Assembly: GCA_907165135.1 (NCBI GenBank)
Contig: OU015568.1
Coordinates: 10,292,001 to 10,356,000, forward strand
Length of the DNA: 64,000 nucleotides
DNA from: Oikopleura dioica
Taxonomy: Eukaryota > Animalia > Chordata
Reading direction: 5' to 3'
Made by a program: the position numbers and the translations under genes. The notes beneath the pieces are model-generated. The model did no database searches. It saw only the letters and a list, made by a program, of their open reading frames with translations, and had not been told where the DNA came from. The stretch's first letter is position 1, and every line of letters begins with the position of its first letter. Of this stretch, positions 38,003-49,300 are shown one piece after another.

Positions 38003-38336
38003 ATGAGATTAACAATAATATTTTACGTTTTTGCTAGAGCCCTCGACTTGTACAAGCTGAATGACTCTTATCTTCGATGCATGCATGGTCACTTGATTCC
38101 GACAATATTTCAACTATCGTCTTACCTTTTAAGATCTTCTTTTGAAAGCGAAAGATCATCGTTCCCGTGCTCTGATCCACGATCATCTCAATTTGGAATA
38201 CGTCTGCCAGCACCACATGATGATCAAACACATGATGAATTCATCGATGGGCAATTATTTTGGCGGCGATTTTAGAAGACATTCAAATCACGATCACGAA
38301 CAAAGCATTGGCTTTCTAGGAAATTTTCTTCGATAG
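38003..38336 (+). CDS. Small secreted His/Met-rich protein A (95 aa)
   Basis: TATAAA 37933, signal-like MRLTIIFYVFARA, 46-nt GT-AG intron 38088-38133, ends ...RRHSNHDHEQSIGFLGNFLR*, AATAAA at about 38370. Confidence 0.7.
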
Positions 38337-38535
38337 AAAGGAATCTCATTCTTTGTTATATTGCGGGAGAATAAAATATTCACTCAGTGCTCCTTGAAAA
38401 TCGTCATCCGTCTAATCGACTGTATATCTAATCGTGTCCGTTGATTAATCAAATATGAAGTGTTAGAGTACTGTATTGTCAATAGACTATCGACTCTCGG
38501 GATATAAAGAGCGGAGCCAAGGACTAAGCTTAATT

Positions 38536-38826
38536 ATGCGAGTTTTGCAATTCTGCCTTTTTCAGTTGCTTTTCATTTGTATAGTTTAAACGAGGAATAC
38601 TTGAAGTGCATGCAAAATAAGTTGAATCTCTTCAATTGATGTGTATATTTAAGCTCTACTTTTAAATGCTAAAGGAAGAGATCATGCAGATATACATGAA
38701 GTCGAAAAAATATGCCGCAGCAAACTCATAATACGGCATGAAATGGACACATCCCTGATAAATTTTCTTCAGGAAGAAAATGACCATCCCATGCAAAGAA
38801 TTGGATTCCTCGGAAATTTTATGTAA
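38536..38826 (+). CDS. Small secreted protein B, tandem paralog of A (about 84 aa; possibly a pseudogene)
   Basis: TATAAA 38503; AFHLYSLNEEYLKCMQ|TLLLNAK...VEKICRSKLIIRHEM...QRIGFLGNFM* aligns with A. Needs +1 T at 38558-38562, and the donor reads ATAAGT at 38617. Confidence 0.6.
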
Positions 38827-39425
38827 TAAATTTTTTGAACTCTGGACCAAATTACTAGTTGGCATTGAAATCAACGAAGAGAACGAGCTCTTGCTGTTCT
38901 TGAATCAGAAAAATTCAAAGAGGCTCTTAAAATCCCAAAAAAATTGAAATAAAAGGAGTCTAATTTCGATCAAAAGAATATTTTTACAGAGTAAAGTACT
39001 CGGATTACCGAAGCTTCAAAGTCAGTATTTCATACTTTTCTCTTAGTAAACACAATGATATAATATATAAAATTCCTGTTCTTATTAAGCTGCTTCGTTT
39101 CATCGAAAAGTTCGATTAAACATAAGTACTTGATGTTTACTAAAACTTTCAAGCGTTTGTATAAGCTCCCTCTTTGTAGAAAAAAAAGACGTGTTCACTT
39201 ATTTTGAACATCTTGTTATGAAAGAAAGGGGATGTAAATGAAACGTCTGTATTTGAGAAACGATACTGTCTTCTTAGTTCGTTTGCATACACTGATGATC
39301 ATTTCGCAGAGTTACGCGATTAGAACGTTCGCCTTCCTGAAAAATGTCAGCACATTCGGACTCAGCGCTTATCGACTGGTTCTGTCGCGTTAACGTCAAG
39401 GTCTGACCTTAAGGTACTACTCTCT

Positions 39426-39779
39426 TTGACACTAATGAGCGCATTTCTAAGGAGATCATCGCTTCGCCAGAATGCCTCGCTCATACTTCACTACTATAAT
39501 TTTACTGATAAAGACTATGTTGACGCAGAAACTGGTAGACACTTCGCAATTCACAATTCTCAGAAACCGGTTAAATTCATGTTCGATTTTGCGGTATTCA
39601 GTGATAAAAGTTTTAATCCTTCAATTTTCGAAGGAAAGATTTTTGTCACAGAATGTTCTATTTTCAACAGAATCGGTGTATTTCGAAATATTTTTTTTCC
39701 CAATGATCTTTCGAAATTCGAAATTAACCCAACATACATGTCATTAGAACGTCTATTTTTCATGCTTGGAAAGTCTTAA
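39426..39779 (+). CDS. Possible orphan coding exon
   Basis: 117-codon open frame with protein-like composition; no recognised motif, boundaries unknown. Confidence 0.25.
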   Translation: MTLMSAFLRRSSLRQNASLILHYYNFTDKDYVDAETGRHFAIHNSQKPVKFMFDFAVFSDKSFNPSIFEGKIFVTECSIFNRIGVFRNIFFPNDLSKFEINPTYMSLERLFFMLGKS

Positions 39780-41481
39780 TATTTTATGAAATGGCAGTAA
39801 TTCGGCACCTGGCTAGAATTAACCTCCCAGATGGCATGTTGGGGTTGCAGGGGCTAACAAGCGAGATCAACGTCTTGTCCTTAGTGACCTCGGTGGATAA
39901 GCTCGCCTCCCTCGTCGGTGGCATAAATCCGCCAGTATCCTGTATTTCAAATCGGATCGAAAGCAGCGAAACGCGCGAAAATCACACAGGGAGATGGGTA
40001 GCGCCAAAGACTTTTGAAAACATCGGATAAATCGCGCGCTGGATCAGGGCTTCTTATCAGGGTGGGAATGGGGCGAACTTTGCCATCTAATTCTAGTGCC
40101 TCAACGCCGAACCGAGCAGATTAGCCACTGCGTACATGGAATTTAAATTTAATACTACCGTTTCGCATCGAGGCAGATTTCTTGCCAGGCGCCAATTTCG
40201 ACCGGCGACTTATACGTAAGATTCTAGGGCAGTGCTCCGAATTCCTTCCTAATTGGAACATGGGACGCTTATTAATAAAGAATGGTTTTGACCCCGCTTC
40301 TAATTCACTCGTTTAAAATATTCAATAAACCTATAATAATTCTTTTAAAAAGCGGCTTCTCAATTCAAAAATAAATGAAGTGATTGAAAACGCAGCGGGT
40401 TCCTTCGTTGTAAATTTCGTCTTGAACGAAAAATAGGATTTCCTTGTTCCGAGTTAACTTGTCAACAGCGTTTCCCAGGTGCAGCGCTAGTTTATTTTCG
40501 ACGATTATTTTCGGGTTATAGCTTCTATTTTCAGGATTTATTTCCTATTCAGAAACTTGCGCCTCACTTCTCTGAAAGTGCTTATCAAAAAGGTACGTTA
40601 CTGAATAGTGAGTCAGAGTCTGAAATTTCTTGCGATGTTTGTTGACGAAAATATAGCTGCCTGGGCTTATCGGGAGCCGGAGACATGGACATGCTACCCC
40701 TTTCAAGGCGCTTTCCACGGCCGTCACGGGGTAATTCGCCGAGAAACACCTGGCTACTAGCGACGATAGCATAATTGCGTTACATTTTCTATCTTACTGC
40801 TCTTTCATCTTGCTCGCGATAGAATCATTACTGACAGCGCGGGGAGCATCAGTAAGCATGAGTTGTGAACATAAACGAATTCGTGTAACGCTAGCGGACG
40901 AAATCATGTCGAAAATAAGGTCCGAAAAATCTTCATGTTTTCCGTTTCTGTTTCCACTCTAAATTACCGAAAGAGGGAGGCAGTTTTCTCAAGAACTCGA
41001 ATTTTCTCCTAGAGTTACGAAAAGTTCAATGCTCAAACTAAAATGACCAAAAATCTGTATTAAATTTTTGCGCAGGTCAACATTATCGTGTTTGAAGAAA
41101 ATTACACTACGATGATTGATAGTCATGAAACATTATTCGCTGAGCAGGTGCTCTATCATCTTCCTCGTGACTTCCCTCCAATCTTCGCGCATCAGATCTG
41201 ATAACCAGTGTTCGATCAATGTGACTTCTCCGTGTGAGCGTGCTAACTGACAGACTCTGCAGTTTCTTACTCGTTTATTTTCCGCGGTTAGTTACTTTCG
41301 CCGCAGCTGGCCAAGAAAATGAATGAACTTCTTGTTTTCGGGCATTCATTATTTTCAAGAAGCACTTTTTTTAGTAAATCTTGAGGTCTCAGTTTGAAAG
41401 AGTCATTTTACGAGCAGATATTCTGTGACATTTTTTCAGATATTTTATTAGTAAAAGTCTCAGTGAAAAATTAAAATTGTA

Positions 41482-42490
41482 ATGGGATTCGATGCAGAGA
41501 TAGATACAACAAAAAATAACAATATAGAACTCTTCAAATGTGGAATATGCATCGAGTAAGTCAATAAACAAGATATTTTTAATTAAGACTTTATTTAGAA
41601 TTTTCGAAAACCCTGTAGAAATCAGGCTCTGAAAATAACACTAAAATTTAGATGAAAATAAAATGATCTTTTCCAGAGCTAAGTTGTTGTAGAAAAATCA
41701 TCTGTGATTGTTGCATTACTACATGGCTGGAAATGATGTCTGATGATGAAAAAGTATGCCCATTCTGTCGTCGTCCCCAGCATCCGAGAAATACACGAGA
41801 AAACAAAGCCTTCAGCGAAGTATTAGAGGGAATTCATCTTCTTTGTCGGAATGAGTGGTGTAGAATTCCGGTTCTTTATATCAACTTCAAGGCGCATCTC
41901 AAAATGTGCAGCTTACAAGATTCGATTTCCAAGCCGAAGGGAAACGGAAAAGGGTTGAAATTTGACGATGAAAGAGCATCTCGGACGATATATTACTTGG
42001 AAAAATGTCTGAGAAATTATTTGGAAGTGATGGATGATCTCAAAGAAGACCTGAAAGGTTCGTCGTTTTTTGGTATTTTCATTCGAAAAATAGTAATCAA
42101 GATGAACGTGAAAAGTCAAGAAAGAACGAGAACTGTGCTAAAGTTATCAATCGCTATAAACAAGGTCTGGATGGTTGTGCCTATGGATACCATACTCATC
42201 CTTTTTGCGAGTGCCCAAGTTGTGCTCTTCAAAGAATCAAGAGCAGATACATCTTTTCCATAACATTCTTTCACGTATTGGTTTCTCTCTTTGTCGAGAT
42301 ATATTTTAGAGCATCATACGCATGGTCCGTGTTTTTCCTTTATCTATCTTTAATGAACTCTACAGTCAACTCCGGAAACAAGAAATTCTGTATTTTAATT
42401 TTTCTCCTTATTTTTTTCTTCCCAAGAGCATTTTTCGTACGATTGTTTTTCCTCGTTAGTAAAGAAATTTGCTCAAGTTGTTTTGCATGA
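41482..42490 (+). CDS. RING plus TRAF/SIAH-type zinc finger E3 ligase (RNF41/RNF151/PDZRN3-like N-terminus) with hydrophobic C-terminal segments
   Basis: MGFD...FKCGICIE|IFENPVEIS|CCRKIICDCCITTW...CPFCR...CRNEWC...KAHLKMC; last exon is in frame with ORF 42278-42490 (2-3 TM-like stretches); AATAAA follows the stop. Confidence 0.72.
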
Positions 42491-44242
42491 AATTATTGAA
42501 TAAATACCCTAGATCGAATCATTTGTTTTTCGTAAAGCAGTGCCGGAAATCTTACACGCATTTACAAGGTGTTTCTTTTTTTCCTTCAAAGCGTCATGAA
42601 ATCCCTTGAAAATGGAATGGCAGAATTGAATTTATTTATTTACGGCAATTCTTTCAGCGCGTAGGGACTCGGATGTGTAAGTTTGCTTTGGGTGACCTAA
42701 GCCGACGAAAATTCTACCTTTCCGTTTCTTCACCGGGCAGCTAACCTTCCAGCAACGACATGTCCTTCCGGGCGCTATCTTATCTCCCTGCCACCGGCTG
42801 CTCACACTTTACCCAAGTGCAACTTATTGCTATGTACTTCAACGCGCCGTATAATTTTAGCTTTTGCCGCGTGGGGGACTTAGGCTTCACTACAGTTCGA
42901 TCACGGTTTCAGGTATTTATACGGTGTATCTTTGCAAACATATGCAAATTTTTTCGGTACACTCGTGTTCTACGATTATTTTAAGGTCAACAAAAATCCC
43001 TGTACCCATGTCCTTTGCTAGAGAGCCTGAGTTTCGTTGTTTACACATGTACTGACCCGATTTTAATTATCGATTGTAATTATCGTTGAATTCTGCTCAG
43101 TGCTCGGTGCTTTACGGTATTGCTACCCCTTTGGTCTACCTCTAATGAGCAATATCAGTAGCTTCTAATTTGAACGAAAGATCAATGCTAATTTGAAGCT
43201 TCATGGGGAAGGCTTGAAGCTTCAGTTGCGAGATAAACATCTCCAGATGTGTAAATTAACCTTTTCCCATATTATATTATTAGGCTCCTGTTTTGGGCAC
43301 ATCTGGTGATATTTACAGAGCGCAGCAACGGAAGTCGTGCGAGAATATTTCGCCGGAGTTGTTTACGCCAAAAATTGAGCGTAAAAAGCCTAATACTTCC
43401 GGAGGTCATAAAATAACACGCTCGAAGAGGCTTTTCGCGGTGTAGAATATGATTACAAGGCATGATTGATTGCGAATTTGTCAAACGCAGGGAAATCGGA
43501 TTTTGAGAGCAAAAAAAGAAATGAAATATTTGGCAAGCAAAGGAAACACGTCGTAATCGCAATTACATGCGAAGTTCAAAACTGCATCTCTGGCAAATAG
43601 AATTGCGCGGCAAAATAAACAATTCTGCTTTTTTATTCTCTGATTTTTGATTTTTAAAACTACTGAATCTGGTCGATGGTCAATCGAAAAAATACTAGGA
43701 AGATTCTTTTCGCAAATAATATGTTGAAAATAAGCCGGTGAGGAAGTTGCGCCCGTTTTTCTTTCTCATCGAGGTTGTATCCAGATGAGCTGAAAATCAC
43801 CCGCCTGGAGTAGCAAGTCTGTCATTTACTAAAGCCATGATTTGCATGTGCCGGATTTGGGATAGTCGAGAGGTTCGACATTCGTCAGTCAAGAGGAGAT
43901 TACGCGCTGCTCGCTTCAAAGAATCTCCTCCGCCACCAAAAACTCAATTTCGAGGGCCAAATATCACAAGCAATTACTGAAAGCGACGAACTTTTTGCTC
44001 ATTACCGCCCAAGCCGGCTTTAGAGTGTTTGGAGAACGTTTGGTGAATCGCAAATCGCTTCGATAAACTTGCCTGGACGGGAATAGCTATTTTATATTTG
44101 GGCGATCAACTTGGTGTTCTCCAGAACTTGGACAAGCAAAAATAACAGGAGAGGCAAACTGGCCGGTATTATTTATGAGAAATTTAATAAAGAAGGAAGT
44201 TCAAAATCATAAGTCGTAAATGAGTAGGTATAAAAGATAGGC

Positions 44243-44272
44243 TAACCCTAACCCTAACCCTAACCCTAACCC
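44243..44272. repeat. Interstitial telomeric repeat (TAACCC)5
   Basis: Five perfect TAACCC (TTAGGG-type) units. Confidence 0.9.
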
Positions 44273-45239
44273 TTAGATAGCCTATGATTCGAGCTGCTTC
44301 TGACCCTAAACCAGTCAGTAAAAAGTATTCCAGTCAAAACTGGGCTTTTCATAATGATGTTATCTTCCCTTGTCTCCATTCTTGCTGTCAGGGCGGCATT
44401 GGAGCTGCCTGCTGTGTTAACGTTTTGTCGAATCTAATTTGTGCGGAAATTACATTACTCGGTCGAACCTCCAACAAGATGAAATTTAATCCCTTTCTCT
44501 GCCATATCTCGCGATTATAAGATAATATAAGCTCTATTTGGCAAACAAATAATTAGTCCTTTCAAATATTATCATCACTCTTCTCTTTGAATAATTAGCG
44601 TTGGAAGACGGGCGCTTGTTCCTTACCACGAATTTCGACCACAACGAAAAGGCACTTATTGTATCTACTACCGGTTAAAATGTAAACCACGCAGTCGGTC
44701 GCTAGATAACGAATCGTGGTCGACCGTTATCGCGTAAATGGGTACCATTTCATCTCCTGAGTGCATCAGCTCCTTTTTTTTGAAATCGACACAGCTTGAA
44801 CTTTCAGCCTTTTTAAGTTTAGCGAAAACTCAGCATAGTTATAATTTTTACCGCATAATTGATGATTTATTTTTATTTATTATTTTTATTAACTTTTTTT
44901 TATTTTTATGGTTATTTTTGCTAGGAAAGATTCTAAGAAAAAAAAAACAATTTTATTTTTTTTTATAAGAAGATTGTTATTTTTTCGATGATTTTTCAGC
45001 TTGGAAGAGGATCAATCAGCTCTCACTTTTATCTGATTTTTTCAAAAAATCATTTTGACAGCAAATTACATTTAATTTAAAATGTTAAAAAGAAAAGTCA
45101 CTGTACTACAAAACCGCAGCGAAAACCGGACAGAAAAATAACCGCCGTTTTTACGGGTAAACAGATGTCTCGGCCGACCATCGTCATTGATTCATGAAAT
45201 TGGCGCTAGAGCGCCACGCGGGAGCGCTCACGCGCTACG

Positions 45240-46320
45240 CTGCATAAAAGAACCGGTAATGTTCAGGGGTACTCGGCACCAGAAAAAGACGATGCTCGAA
45301 AGGTAAGCGCTTCGTTTTTTTATGAAATTATTTCTTCAAATAGTCTTTTTTGAAAGAGAGAATTATTCAAAAGAGAATTGACCTGAAACGCTTTCTAACG
45401 TGCAAAATTAGTTCAGACTCATCTCCTCCGTACACACCGACGATGCTGGTCATCTAACGGTTAAAACGCCCAGAAGATGGATGTCACGTGACCTGCCCCA
45501 GTTTGTGACGCTTTGATGGCCACGTGGCCGCAGAGATGGCACGACTGAGAGAAAGGAACGGCTTTCGGATCGTCCTCGTCGAACGAGGACCCCCCGCTCG
45601 TCCAGGCTGAAGCCCCGACACCGATTGGTTAATCCCCCGACATTCCACGACCGCCAATATTGGCGCTAAGCACCAGATAAACGCAAAAAAACATATTAAT
45701 CATTCCTCCCTGTATTATTTTAATGTGCGTGTTCCACAAAAAGTTCCGTTGTACGACCTTCGTTCGATCTCGCATGCTCGAGCTCGCCGACAATGTCAAC
45801 CTTTTTATTTTTCGCTGATTTTTTTATTTGCCATTTTACTCGTTATTTGCCTCTTATTTTCTTGTAATCCATTTGTGCCTTCCGGGCATCACGTGACTGT
45901 GCTCAATAGCGCCCTATCTGTGCCCAAAACGACATTCCCTTAGTAGAATCGTTTAACGATTTGTACATTTTTGCCAAAAAACATAAGCGCGTACTGGTTT
46001 AACGGTAGTACCACGACAGTGGCCGTGGCGGCCGCGGCGTTCCACCAACCCCTGGAGGGTTAACGACGTAACCCGCGCGAGGCCGTCCGGCCCAAAGTGG
46101 CTCTTTCCTTCGCCCTACATTCCACCGTAATCAACTCTCGACTGCGGCAGCCAACTTCACCAAACATTCCATAGCTAGGGGATCCTTAAGCTAACCTCAA
46201 CCCTTTTTTTCTCTTTCCGCCTCGTAACAATTTGTTTTATGTGCCCGTTGTTTTACCCGAAAAAAGTTCTTTATTTGAAAATTTATATTGCGCCGCGTAT
46301 TATTTTTTTTGTGAATAAAG
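45240..46320 (+). promoter_or_regulatory. GC-rich motif-dense element: palindromic E-boxes, CCAAT boxes and four ACATTCC sites; possibly a spliced non-coding transcript
   Basis: CATAAAA 45243, AG|GTAAGC 45303, GTCACGTGAC 45483, GGCCACGTGGCC 45518, TCACGTGA 45889, ACATTCC at 45640, 45932, 46117 and 46164, AATAAA 46314. Confidence 0.4.
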
Positions 46321-49300
46321 TGTTAATTTTTGTAAAAAGAAAAAAAATCATGTCTTTCATTTAATTTGTTTATTGCAAAAACGCAAAATTAGGATCGTTG
46401 GTGGCGCGGGGCGACCAGCAGTCCACAAATATTCGTAGATGATCTCAATTTTGTGTGGCTCTAGCATTAGAAACCGTCATTTTGGTCAATTTTGCATCGC
46501 AGGATATTATCTTCTTACTTGTTTCTTTCAGGTTGGCAGGGAATCATGATTAGCAAGATATGATTTTCAATTTCAAATTTTGAAGCGCAACTAAACCTGC
46601 TGAACTAAAGCCAGAAGAAGACCAATCCCTTATTTGAAATCCAATACGAAAATAGCCGCCAGTTTACGCTAAGGTTATGCTGGTAGAACGGCAATTCGGA
46701 GAATACGAATCAAATCTGATCTGAAGGGGAAGCTTGGGCGGGAAGGAGAGGCACCTGTGCGGGAAGCAGCGAGTATTATTTACGCCCCGTCCGCTCGCCA
46801 TCAAAAGTATATTATCAGCCTCTGCGCGAATTGGAAGGTTCCGAGAAGCCTAAAAATTTACGCCGTGTTTTTATTATGAAAATACAATATGTCTTCTATG
46901 TACTTAGTGTACGTTCAAATTTAGAAATTAAAAAGTATATTTGATAAGTTGCGGTAGAATTTGACATTTCTGAGGCTCCCGATGCCAACATTTCAAAAAT
47001 TATGACGATCTTTCCGCCGGACAGCGATGACAAATCCCCTGACAGCGGGCATAAACGATTGGAGGCAGCGTTTTCCGGATGTTCTCACGGAAACCATATC
47101 GCGTAAAGTTCCAGACACAGGTTTTCCGAACTCTTCTTTTTCGTCAGAAAAATGAGCCACTGTATTATTCGAAATTTCAAAATACAGCTAGGTTAGTTTC
47201 TTCACAGGCCTTTTCTTTCTAACATGTTTACAGGCGGAATAATGAGAGCATTTAGGAGCAAATTTAGTTTGTGTCTTGGATGTGATTTTTTAAATTAGAT
47301 CAATTTGTAAAGATTATCATGGCATTTTTAGAAGCTATCAACGAACTGTATGAACTGTATGTGATACTCAAACAGTATTAGAAAGAGGAGGTTTCAAAGC
47401 TTTGTTTCGCGAAGTGGCCGCCTAGGAGACGTAACAAAACGACTAATGAGCTCGTAATGACGAGGTCAGGCGCACTTTAAAAAATTCTGAGAGAAAATCT
47501 TGCCCGACAAGCTGGTAGTAGTAAGTTTGGAGATGTTTTACGGGCCTGGCGGCGGACCAAGCCAGTCGAGTGGTACACCGTGTACTTTCAAAGTTGATAA
47601 ACAAAGGCATCAACAGCACGGGGCGCGCGTTTTTGATCCGGCTCAAGTCATGTGACCCTCCTCAAGTGGATGCCGTGCATAAACCACAGGACTTTGATCT
47701 GTGGATGCCCCGCCCGGCTCATGTTATTACATTTATAATTCCGCTAATTACGCGAAAAAACGTTTGCGACGTGTTCTCTCGAACACACCTAGCGCGAGGT
47801 GACGAATTTACGTTTCCTGCCAGTGACGGGTAAAATTCGTTATCAAATTCGTCCAGAAATCGACGACCTTAGGCTCCTGCCCTAAATATTTGTTCGCCAA
47901 TCTTGAACTATGATCAAGAGGCTCGGATAAAATGAAGATTTCTCAAACTTATATTCTCGTCAAAAGAAATTGTTTTCAATTGAAGCTATCTCAATATTAT
48001 CAATAATTATTTGAGAGGGGAACCGGGCGCACGTTATCAGCGAAAACGGAAAGTTCAAGAATAAAACCGGGTTCAAAACTGGGCCGATCAAGGGGTGGGC
48101 GCGCGCGGTTCCGCGTACCCACCAAACGCAAAGAAAATATTTCATCCCCCGCTGATCTCACTGATAAGAAAAATATTTTGCTGCCTAAAATATTGTGGCC
48201 GCACAGTCTTGGTCGGCCTGCATGTTGAAAAGATGGCTGGATTTGTGGAGAGGCGGTGTTTTGACGGAGACCTTGCTCAACTGCTCATCGCGTCGGCTCA
48301 TCCCTTTTTACTGTCAAAGCGAGACGGAATCAGACGCGCCGAGAGTAAGAGGATAAAAATCAAGAAAACAGTAAACATCCACTTCACAAACTCAAACATC
48401 ACTTATCATTGCGTAAAAAATGTCATTCCGATTTTTCATCAGAACAAGCAATTTTACTTGAATTTCCACCGTAATAAAAACAGTTATAAATTAAAACATT
48501 CGTATTAGCAAAACCTTCGTCGGAAAGCTCAAGTACTTCTTCGAAAGTACTAACAAACTCGGTCTGGAAAATCCGGAAAACGGAAGTGGACACCCTTAAT
48601 GCAAAGAGAGAACATCTTATATCTCGAGTTCACGTTTCGCTGAGCTAAACATAAATCTTCATTATTCCGCTAAAAACCGGGCGAGAACGTGGCCTACTGC
48701 GCACTGAGCTGATTTTCAAGTTTGGATCTCGCCAAATAATTATAATAACAATTATGTCTAGGCGCATATTTGCAGTTTATCGAGAAATAAAACAAGCCAG
48801 TTTTCATATTTTTTCTCAAAAAAGACCTGTTTCAGTAAGTTATTTTCCCTTTCAAAGCGCCTGTCTAAAGAGAGCATTTATTTGTTGTCAGCGTCAAAAT
48901 AACGAGCCGGTTCCATTTTGTGCTAAAATTAGTTTTTACTTTTCGTCTAATCAGTAATTATGGCGCCGGCAGAGATAAGAAATGATAATTTCCCGCGCCC
49001 TCTTTTTCTATTTCCAAGTTCAGTTTGCAAATTTACGAATTTCCGATCGTTCTTTTTTTTCGATTTTTTTCGCAGAGTGGACTTTCTCCAAAATTGCCAC
49101 AATACCAGAAGTGCATTCCATAAGCACCTCCTCTACATACGGCGCAATAGCGGGTGGCTATATATTCTCACCATATTCAATAGGATTATTTTTAGCTTAA
49201 CTGCCGTCAAAGTGGATTAACCGACCGGCCAGTTGACCGCCAATTCATTTCGATACTCTTGGCTTTAGTTTGTCACCAAAACACCGAGATTGCCGCATAA

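Noticed and set aside
44229-44290. Telomerase RNA template candidate (TATA followed by CTAACCCTAAC)
   Set aside because: A template holds about 1.5-2 repeats; five tandem copies indicate an interstitial telomeric sequence.
48296-48310. CTCATCCC-TTTT resembling the start of the Oikopleura spliced leader as I recall it
   Set aside because: Similarity ends after about 12 nt; no donor or Sm site and no adjacent 5S gene.
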